A program made the position numbers and the translations under genes. DNA of 20,000 nt from Seison nebaliae. Lineage: Eukaryota. The stretch spans positions 50,922 through 70,921 of the forward strand of contig JALJEE010002909.1 in assembly GCA_023231475.1 (NCBI GenBank), in the 5' to 3' direction. Below are positions 11,254 through 20,000 of this stretch, piece by piece (the first letter of the stretch is position 1; each line of letters starts with the position of its first letter). The notes beneath the pieces are model-generated. The model was given only the letters and a program-made list of their open reading frames with translations. It had not been told where the DNA came from and searched no databases.

Positions 11254-13179
11254 ATGATTTCTATTTTTAAATGTTTTCTCTTGATCTGTTCCTTCGTCTT
11301 ATTGATCAATGGAAAGTCGACCATTATTAAGGAGGAAGTGAAAGGACAATTCTTAGCGGATTGTGGTGAGAAAGTCCTCACCGATTTGGAGATAACTATC
11401 ACAAATGGAAATAAAAAGAGAGCTAGGATTTGTGAGGGAATTGCTATCATATCTCGTCGTTCATTCAGCAAGAATGCATTCATGAAACACTCTTTCAATA
11501 TCTGGACACTTGATAAATGCAAATATGATTTGAAATATCGTTGCACCGATTTCAAAACAGTCGAATCTCAAGGATTGGCAACGTTGGTGGAACATCTAAT
11601 CAAATTGTATGAACCTGAAGGATTCCACGAGATCGTTTGTCCCGGAAAGAACGTTCACATTCAATGTGAAGCGAAACATCAAATCGAAGTATTGGCTGGT
11701 TTTTATGGAAATCCTGGAACTCAGAAAGGAATGGACCAATGTAAAATTGAAAGTGATGACGATCAAAAACACGGATGTTACAACATGGAAGTATATGAAC
11801 GGTTACGTGATCTTTGTGATGGTGAGGATGAATGTCATCTCAATTCGGAATTATTATTGGAGGAACATGACGTGTGTTCGGCACATTCACAAAACGTCTT
11901 AGAATTCGTTTACAAGTGTGTGGAGAAAATGGAGAAGGTTAAACAGATCGTTCAGAATGGTCTCAAATATAAACAAGTGACAGCTTGTGAGGGACAATTC
12001 GCTTTGTTGGATTGTCCCGCTGGAACTTTAGTACAAATTATGGGCGGACTTTACGCGGCATCAACTGCAACTGCTGGACCAACATGTCCACGACCAATTC
12101 CTGTACCTGCACCACCAATGTTGTTCAATGGACCGGCACCGATACCTCCACATGTCGCTTTTCCACAAATGGCACCAATACCACGTCCATTGATGGCACC
12201 AGCAGCTCGTGCTGCTCCTGCTTATGGCAAACGACGAAGGAAGAGATATGCTGCTGCCGCACAATCTGTCCCACCAGTATCATCAGTTCAATTTCAACCG
12301 ATTTATGGTGCACCACCAAGACAAGTATCCGTCGCACGTCCACCACCGTTTATGCAAACATATAGTGGTCCATTCTATTCACCAATGACACCCATCATAT
12401 TTCCACATGTTCTCGGCGGTCCATTACCAATCAATGGAATTGGAGCTCTATTAAATGGACCGAGAAATATGGATCAATATTTCCCTGGAGAACAGATCGG
12501 TCATTCTCATCATATTCATCGTGGCAGGAATTTTGGAATGAGTAGTTTCGGTGGTCGTCAACCTTTCGCATTTGGACGAGGTTATGGACGAAAGAAACGT
12601 GATGTTTTCGGTCCACATACATTGGATAATGGCCCACAAAACAAATATAATCCCAACAATAATTTGTTGAGTCGAGGACGACAACATTATTCGAGACAAT
12701 TACCATTTGGACCCACAATTCCTGGCTTAATAACAATCGGCTCAGCAATGAGAAATCCATTATTCGGTCCAAGTATGCCACCTTGCTCCAACATTCATGC
12801 AGTGAAGATCATGTATGACATCTGTCAAAACAAACCGTTTTGTATCATCGAAGTGACACCTCGTTTGTTTGGTCACATTTGTCCCGAATTCACCAAATAT
12901 TTGAGTGCCGTTTATACTTGCATTCCACGACCGGTTCCAATGATGCCCAAATTGGAAGGATATCCATTCTTACCACCACCACCATTGCCACCACATCTTC
13001 CTCCACTCATGCCATCCTTATACAATCAACCTCCAATGGGCATTCCACGACCCTTACCTGTCGCTCCAATGTTTCCCCATCCTCCGATGAGAGCGATCAA
13101 TACAATGCGACGAGATCCCGCATACATTCAACGGGCACCCATTTCCCAAAGCGTCGGTTATGGCAAGAAGAAGAAATAA
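11254..13179 (+). CDS. Secreted SUEL-type (galactose/rhamnose-binding lectin fold) protein with Pro/Gly-rich regions and polybasic processing sites, 641 aa, single exon
   Basis: Hydrophobic signal peptide MISIFKCFLLICSFVLLING. SUEL Cys pattern at 11632-11919 (VCPG...IQC...AGFYG...C...C...LCDGEDEC...DVC...LEFVYKC). A second SUEL at 11977-12921 is split in two (TACEGQFALLDCPAG...C / C...ICQNKPFC...LFGHICPEFTKYLSAVYTC). A degenerate Cys-containing N-terminal domain ends in KYDLKYRC. Confidence 0.85.
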   Translation: MISIFKCFLLICSFVLLINGKSTIIKEEVKGQFLADCGEKVLTDLEITITNGNKKRARICEGIAIISRRSFSKNAFMKHSFNIWTLDKCKYDLKYRCTDFKTVESQGLATLVEHLIKLYEPEGFHEIVCPGKNVHIQCEAKHQIEVLAGFYGNPGTQKGMDQCKIESDDDQKHGCYNMEVYERLRDLCDGEDECHLNSELLLEEHDVCSAHSQNVLEFVYKCVEKMEKVKQIVQNGLKYKQVTACEGQFALLDCPAGTLVQIMGGLYAASTATAGPTCPRPIPVPAPPMLFNGPAPIPPHVAFPQMAPIPRPLMAPAARAAPAYGKRRRKRYAAAAQSVPPVSSVQFQPIYGAPPRQVSVARPPPFMQTYSGPFYSPMTPIIFPHVLGGPLPINGIGALLNGPRNMDQYFPGEQIGHSHHIHRGRNFGMSSFGGRQPFAFGRGYGRKKRDVFGPHTLDNGPQNKYNPNNNLLSRGRQHYSRQLPFGPTIPGLITIGSAMRNPLFGPSMPPCSNIHAVKIMYDICQNKPFCIIEVTPRLFGHICPEFTKYLSAVYTCIPRPVPMMPKLEGYPFLPPPPLPPHLPPLMPSLYNQPPMGIPRPLPVAPMFPHPPMRAINTMRRDPAYIQRAPISQSVGYGKKKK

Positions 13180-13405
13180 ATGAAAAATATTAATTTTATT
13201 CGTTCTCTTTATTTATTTTTTACTCATTTAGTTTTTTGATCGATATTAGATCATCAATTTAATAAACTCTTAATATATTTACCACTTTCTTATTTTGTTA
13301 ATCTAATTCTAATTAATATGTCATATCAATAATAGATTGGAATATATTGAAAAGAGAAAATATTTATTTATAAATTATTTCTAATTCGTTCAATTAGAGA
13401 AGTTT

Positions 13406-15408
13406 CTATTCTTTTTCTTTTTTACACAATTTGCATTTAAATGGACAAGAGAATGGACGAGTCTTACACACATCACTTCTCCTCCCACAATAAGACTGAT
13501 CGGCCATTAAATGACATTGTACTGAAAAATTGGTTAGAATTATCAACATTTAACAAATTCACTAACAAATCTCACAAAATTTTCCTTTTTTGTACCAGGG
13601 ACATTTACACGTACAATTCTCGTAATCGATTCGAGCTCGGTTACAATCTAAATCTCCACATCTTTCTAAAGTTGAATTTGAAAAGAATTATGAATCGTTC
13701 AAATTTGAGTTTGAAATTCCAAAACTTTTCTCACAAAACTTTCCCCAATATTTCTCACTACATTCACATTGACAGTTATTCTCATTCAATCGTCCACGAT
13801 TCACGCAATATTTACCTTTGCAATCTTGAACAGAAAAGAAAATAAAAATTATTTTTTCTTTTAGAAAATTTTAGAGTTTACCGCATAAATTCTCTGAACA
13901 ACTATTTGGACATTTCTCGCAAGAAGGTCCTTTCTCATAAGGTCTCTTGTACGACGTTTGTCTAAAGAGAGAGAGAAAGCGAGAGAATTATTTAGGATAA
14001 ATTACACAAATTAACGCCGCCAAATAATTACAGAAGAAATAAGTTCTTCCTGGTTTACAAATGGAAATGGCACATCCAACTCGACTACTAGAGGCGAACG
14101 CCATTTGTGTCATATGAGCAATCTTTTGCCAAGGTAAATTTTTTCGTTTAGGTCCAACCCCATATTTCCATAATAACCATTCTTCATGGAACCAAGCTCG
14201 CATTACATGAGTCCAATTTCCTGCGTATCCGACAGCAGCATTCTGACCAGAAAATTCCATGTGACCGGCAAACTTCGTCTTTCGACAATCTGGACAATCG
14301 TGAGCGAAAATACATTGAGCAGACCAGCCCGATGCAACTCTCGCTAATTCATCGTCCCAATACTGAAAGATGAGAAGAATTCAATTTGATTCCAAATGAA
14401 AATCCAACAATTTTCTGCATATTTGTTGCTCTCGGTTTTATTTTACTTCTGGCATCGTTGTGGAAATCGATAATACCTTCTTTGATCGACGGCGGCAGAG
14501 GTAGAAGTTTGAGTAGTTTCTTTGATCGTTTCAAACACAACGAATGAATTGCATTAGGTGGCATAATGACATTTCCATATTCTTCGTCACACATCGATTC
14601 TGAGAATGTGATAAAATAAAATGAAATTAAATCATTTAACCGTTAAAGATGGGAGATGGTTTCTTAAATAATTTTAGTTTTTTCCCCTTTTTATCATTTA
14701 TCGGATTTGTTGTGGTTGATTGGAAAATGGTCGTCGTAGAAATGGGAGGAGAAATAGTAGTAGTTGTTGTTCTTATAATTGTATTTATTTTAAAAGTGGA
14801 TCTTGGAAAAGTGGAAAAAATTAAAAAAAAGGAAGAATCATTAAAATAAGAAAGAAACGTGGTAGAAAGTTGTCGATAAAGTAAACGTGCTTCAACTTTT
14901 TCATAATCATAACTATCATCAGGATAATCGGACGAATATTCACTTAATATGACCGTATGAATTTATATGAATTGAGTTAAATAAATTGAATTCGTGGAGC
15001 TAACTCGAGTCCATCAAGGTCGTATTGTGGATAAACTTGACTGGTGGTTGTGACTAATGTGGTTGTGAGAGGTGGCAGAGTACGGATGGTTGTTGTTGTC
15101 GTCGTACTTTTCTGCTTTTTTAACTTGTCTTTAATCGAATGAACTCTCTCTCGAACATAATATGATTGTGGAGTAGTTGTGATTAGCAAGGCTCCCCTAC
15201 CACCTGACTAAGAGTGGAAGGAAAATGAGTAAAGAATTAATCGATAACTTTCTTCGTTACAAGTCCCACATAAATTCGGACAATATATTTGTATTACGTT
15301 CAAATTGCAAAAACTACCATCATACCAGACGCAATATGGGCGATTTGTACAGGCTGAGTAAACAAGCGGCCAAATGAGAATTAGTTGTACGATAAAATGT
15401 TTCAACAT
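13406..15408 (-). CDS. Secreted CAP/SCP (CRISP-like) protein: signal peptide, ShKT-like, Thr-rich linker, CAP, hinge, 2x EGF-like, ShKT-like; inferred exons 15408-15249, 15203-15005, 14942-14641, 14599-14409, 14362-14016, 13961-13882, 13824-13726, 13665-13567, 13521-13406 (~530 aa)
   Basis: CAP motifs IIDFHNDARS...ATNMQKI/YWDDELA...WSAQCIFAHD...GQN...AWFHE...AHMTQ...RVGCA...FFCNY...PYEKGPSCEKCP. All eight GT..AG introns keep phase and the exon sum is 1593 nt. Segment 14858-14802 may be an extra 57-nt (3n) intron. Confidence 0.88.
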
Positions 15409-15781
15409 CTTCTCCAATAAGAATGATCATGAGGATTATTGGGCGGAGGAAGATCGATACTGAAAATGGAATAAGATAAATGTTTCTTTTCAACTGTCAA
15501 TGCCATTTACTATATCATCAATATTTCTCCTTATTCTCTTTCTCATTTCCATCTCTACACATTCACATTCCTCCACTCTCATCTCAAATGAGATTTATTC
15601 ACCCGAATTATTTTCTTTCCTCCCGTTTGTTATCCACAACTTTCTTTTAAATCATATTTTCTCACGGAGAGTACGATTATTGAAATTCTATAAATCAACC
15701 CAATCCATCAACAAATCCTTCACTCCTTGACAACAATGTCCACATAACGTTCAATAATTTTCTTCTCTTATCTTAAACACC

Positions 15782-15859
15782 AAAGAAATATCAATAAAAA
15801 TAATGAAAGAAATATCAATAAAACTAATGAAAGAAATATCAATAAAAATAATGAAAGAA
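15782..15859. repeat. Minisatellite, 24-bp unit x ~3.25 (AAAGAAATATCAATAAAAATAATG)
   Basis: Three consecutive units at 15782, 15806 and 15830, with one substitution in unit 2. It lies downstream of the MORC stop codon. Confidence 0.9.
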
Positions 15860-16037
15860 GAAACGATAAAAATTTTATTATCAAAACAATACACTCTCTC
15901 TCTCCGACAGGATGGATAAGAATGACAGCCATCGATAACGACGTCTCCGCCACATAAAAAGTTTTACAAAAATTTGAAAAAGAAACTGTAAAAAAAAGTT
16001 CAAACAAATTTCCTATACAGTTAGATATCGTTCATCT

Positions 16038-19000
16038 CTAATCTTCATCATCATCATAATCATCGTCGTCATTAGATGCATCAGAATCGGACTCGATCTT
16101 AAATGTACTATCAAATTTTCCGTCGCCATTCTCCATTGGTTCTTTTTTCGGAATGGTGTTCTGATCATTCTCCTGTTTTATTTCCACTTCTTCCGTTTCT
16201 CTCTCTCTTCTTTCTGCCTTTTTCTTTCGTCTCTCCAATTTCTCCCGATATCGTTTATCCACCAATGCTTTCTCCGCCGCCGTTTTCTTCACTCGATCGA
16301 GACCCTGACGATAATCCTGATTTCCGATTTCCTTATCAAAGAATGTCTTCACTACATTGAATGCTTTATTGAAGAGATGTCCATCACATAATTCCATTAC
16401 TTCTCTCGAAATCTTTATGATAAAAGTGAAGGAAAAGATGAAATAGAAAAAAAAACCTTCGGATTCTTTCCACTAATGATATTTGCCAACGCCGCAAATT
16501 TCGTGGGTAAATCGGGAAACATTTCGAAATTTGCTCGTCTTAAATACTTGAAGGAAAAAAAAAGAATGATAAAAGATGAATGTTAAATTGAAAAGTAACA
16601 TGAAGATGATTAATTCCGGCGGTAGTAAAATAATCATCATTTCGGAATCGTCGTAAAATATCGACATTGATACAATTACTCTGATTAACATCCTCAGTTT
16701 CCGGCATGAGCCATGGAAGAATACGTCGTAGCGTCGCTTCCATCATTTCCGTAGTTACAGTTGATGAGTTGAATGTCTCCGGATTAACAGGAACCATCGC
16801 TGGCATTTTTGTATGATAATCGATGACTTCCGGTTTGACATTTAACCTGTCCACTCCAATAAGAATATTGACTGATGTCTCATCACAAAGTGTTGTGATT
16901 AATTTATCGACCTTTCTCGGTCTTTTCGTACTATCTTCTGTTCGCTTCTTACGAATTGAACGTGGCGGTGGTGATGATGATGAAGAGATTTCATTCCGTT
17001 TTCTTCTAATCGCTTTCGTTGCTGCAGCAGCAGACAATCTCGTTTTTGATGAACGAAGAGAAATATTCGAATCATTTTCTTTAACCAATTGAGACGATAT
17101 CGATTTATGTGGCGATACAACTTGTAAGGATGATGAATGAGAAGAATTTTTCGTCGACGAATTTGATGGAAGTGATAAATTTGATGATTTCTTCTGTGTC
17201 CTTAATCCATCACTGGAACTGACTGTATGGTTGGAAATGGAAGAATTTGATCCATTATGTCGGATTTGATCAATTACGTTTGATGATGGTCGATTATATG
17301 GAAATTGTTTAATCGATAAATTTGTTCGATTATGTGGAAAAGGAACATTTGATGATGTTGAATGATGAGAATTTTTCATCGATTGATTACCATTATCGAT
17401 AGAAGATAAAGTTTGAGACTTATCCAATCCATCACGATTCGATGGACGGAAATCATTATATAATGGAATTAACGATGAATCTCGATGACAAATTGAATCG
17501 GAAAAAATTGTGGTGGAATTTGGTAGAATGGAATTATCCATATTCATTTCCCCCATCACCGGATCTTCTTTTTCCCTTTTAATTTTTATCATTTCCTTCC
17601 TCACCGGTTTTGCTGGTTTTGGTTTGATCGTTTCGAAATTGTCGTCCAAAGACATATCATCAGTTTGACATGAAGAAATACCAGGAATCCGATATGATTT
17701 ACACGTGTAAGCTTCAATCGGTTGTAGAACGGTTGGACAGAAGGGAATGACTCTCATCTTTCCACATTGCTGACAGAATAAACGACGTTCGACACATTCC
17801 GCTCGTTTTTCTTTAAATTGAGAAGATCGACGTGGTAATTGTGCGGGATCTTTCACTCCAGAATCATAACCATATTCCTTCCAAAAATCTTTGAACGTGT
17901 CTTTATTCAATTTTATCCTATTTTGATAATTCATTACATGTTCATTGACAATTCGTAATAATTTACCATATTCTTGTTGATCAAGAAATCCTTGTTTGTT
18001 CTGTTGTGGTTCCAAAACCGTCCACGGAATCATCACAACCGCTACAATTCCAGCAACACTCGAATCTCGTTTCTGGAGTGGATATCGATCATACATCCGA
18101 ATCAATCTGTTACTCGAATAAACGAAAACACCGTCATGAAAACGACATTCTAAATTTATTCCGATTGATAATCTGATTGGCTGTTTCTTTCGTAGTTCCA
18201 ATTTCAACAAGTTGAGATGATTTTCTAAATCAGTCAATTCTTCTTGGAAATGATTTCGCTGATAATTGAGTTGTCGTATTTTCAAATCATTATCTTTCTC
18301 TTCATTCCCGTTATTTACAATAGATAACCGTTTTATCTCACCATATATCGATTTAATTTCAGCTTCATGTCTCTTACATTCTCCTCGAATCACATTAATT
18401 GTATCGTTTATCGGTTTTTGAAATTTCGTCGTTCTCGCACATACATAATGATGAACGAATGCCATATCACCTACCAATTGATGACAGAGAATTTGTTTGT
18501 TTCTGATGAAAATTTTCATTTGTGCAGTTTGATATAGAATTGAGAGATAAGCTCGTAGTGAATAATCCTCCTTCCTGTATTCGGGAGGATAATCAATAGC
18601 ACCTAATTCAGTGATTTCCTCCTGATCATCCAATCGAATTACACAACGTGGAGCATTTAATTGACGAGAACCGTTCTCTCCTACCAGATTGAGACGGATA
18701 TCATCATCGAAATTGAAAGTGAAAATACAATCGCCATTCTCTAACGATTTCAAATTGAATAAAAACACAATAGTTCCACTGTTTGTTTTAATCTTGTCAA
18801 ATTGATCAAATATCGATTGTTCGTCTATGAACGGTGTATGTTCATTAACGATAGATAAACTCAATTTATGTGTCTCCAATAAATCATTCGATACTTCCAA
18901 GCGATTACCTGATGCAGAGAAAAATGGTTGCATCGTATTTACCGAATAAGAAATGATGGGAATACAAATCTCTGGAAGATTCTCCTTTTCATTGAACGTT

Positions 19001-19380
19001 CTCGATAACAACAAGAGAGAACAAACTCCTTCTGCCTTCGTTATGAGTAACATATCTTTCGCCAATCTCATCGATCCCGCTTTCAAACCATTACCATAAC
19101 AACCGATTTTCTCCGATTTGTAAAATCGCTTAGTCGTCTTCCCAAAAGAGAAAACGTCTTGTAAATCTTTATAAGGAATTCCTTTACCATTATCCAAAAT
19201 TTCTATCAATTCCACTCCATTCAATTTCTTATAATCGATGTAACAAGTCGTGGCATTGGCATCATGTGCATTATCTATCATTTCTGCCATCGCTCCAAGT
19301 ACAAATTCATGATTCGTCGAATTCGTATGAAGAAAATGACTGAAAACTTTCGGTCGATATAAACCGGAAAAACGTTTCAT
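16038..19380 (-). CDS. MORC2: MORC2-like GHKL ATPase chromatin remodeller; inferred exons 19380-16600, 16546-16457, 16412-16038 (~1081 aa)
   Basis: FLHTNSTNHEFVLGAMAEMIDNAHDA, ILDNGKGI and IGCYGNGLKAGSMR (GHKL motifs); SLRAYLSILY; a coiled-coil insertion inside the S5 fold (MORC1/2-type CC1); RLIRMY...LEPQQNKQGF; CW-like Cys4; C-terminal LRRILPWLMP similar to the MORC2 C-terminus. Two phase-0 GT..AG introns (53 and 44 nt). Confidence 0.9.
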
Positions 19381-19860
19381 TCTACAACAATTATTGTCTC
19401 TCAAAACTGATCTACTAAGCTTAAAGTCAAAATATTGTATTTCTTTACAATTTCACACAGCATTCATTCGTTCCATAATCTACTTTCCTACAATTTCGCA
19501 CATGTTTTTTATGAAATTTAATACAATCTTAAGCTGCATAACATTATATTCTTAATATTCGACGGTACATGTACCAATTCCAATGCTTTGGCGCTCGATG
19601 GTTTATCTCTCCTATTTTATTTTAGAAAAATCATTTAACAAATACAAATTAGAAGCTTAACGAACACGAGAGCTTTTCTTCGATTATTAATTATCTTCAA
19701 AATAAAAGAAATAAAGCTACAAGACATAAAACAGGTCAGATTTTTAATTTATCAACTTTTACTTGAGATATTCAAAAATAAAATTTTTAAAATTTTAAGC
19801 TTTATTAATTGCGATATGTGTAGAATTGATAATGTTCAGTTAATTTTCAAGAGAAAAAAA

Positions 19861-19880
19861 ATTATTATTATTATTATTAT
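19861..19880. repeat. (ATT)n microsatellite
   Basis: attattattattattattat read directly from the sequence. Confidence 0.8.
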
Positions 19881-19887
19881 TTATTAA

Positions 19888-20000
19888 TTAAAATTCCCGT
19901 CGGGATAAATCAGAAAAAAGTTGATAGAAATTCCGGTCATCCTCAGCATCGATGTAATAACGAAGTTGATCTAGTGACTCGCGATCGATTGTAATGGTAG
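19888..20000 (-). CDS. Probable 3' terminal exon of an unidentified gene cut by the window edge
   Basis: The open frame ...TITIDRESLDQLRYYIDAEDDRNFYQLFSDLSRREF* has higher GC than the flank, and AATAAA follows just after the stop on the minus strand. Confidence 0.4.
   Translation of the reverse strand, partial: TITIDRESLDQLRYYIDAEDDRNFYQLFSDLSRREF

Noticed and set aside
11241..13193. Several alternative-frame and antisense ORFs overlapping the lectin gene
   Set aside because: Shadow ORFs caused by the Pro-rich codon bias (CCA repeats read as Thr/Ser or Trp/Val in other frames).
13441..13845. 134-aa plus-strand ORF
   Set aside because: Antisense to the Cys-rich 3' exons of the CAP gene, with no features of its own.
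15768..16007. 79-aa hydrophobic minus-strand ORF with LSLFLLIF repeats; the 24-bp repeat also considered as a CRISPR-like array
   Set aside because: The ORF is a by-product of the AT-rich minisatellite. The units are head-to-tail with no spacers, and the context is eukaryotic.
19381..19404. TTG start given by the ORF track for MORC
   Set aside because: In a eukaryotic gene, ATG 19380 (MKRFSGLYRPKV) matches the expected MORC2 N-terminus. The non-ATG starts listed for IDI1, REPS and the CAP gene were replaced for the same reason.
19564..19575. 12-bp perfect palindrome GGTACATGTACC upstream of MORC
   Set aside because: A single short palindrome is expected by chance in 20 kb and has no supporting context.

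Overview
This is AT-rich, gene-dense eukaryotic DNA (metazoan-type genes, standard code, tiny inferred introns of 40-67 nt); the taxon cannot be determined from the sequence. In order, it contains: an 801-bp internally deleted hAT DNA transposon with long TIRs and an 8-bp TSD (192-992); a 3-exon RING-HC gene with an orphan C-terminus; a SETDB1/eggless-type H3K9 methyltransferase; isopentenyl-diphosphate isomerase (IDI1, 3 exons); a REPS/POB1-like EH-domain protein; a secreted SUEL-lectin-domain protein; a 9-exon CAP/CRISP-type secreted protein (minus); a MORC2-like GHKL ATPase (minus); and probably the last exon of another gene at the right edge. The most unusual object is the lectin gene. Its last SUEL domain is split by a 232-aa Pro/Gly-rich insert, and Tyr-Gly-polybasic (convertase cleavage plus amidation) motifs occur twice in the insert and once at the C-terminus. 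This suggests an insulin-like maturation into a disulfide-linked two-chain lectin plus a released amidated peptide. Other observations: 12 of 14 inferred introns start with GTT, SETDB1 and MORC2 lie about 10 kb apart, and the reader/binding domains of SETDB1 (MBD), MORC2 (CW) and REPS (EH) are all degenerate. All exon structures were inferred by eye and have no transcript support.
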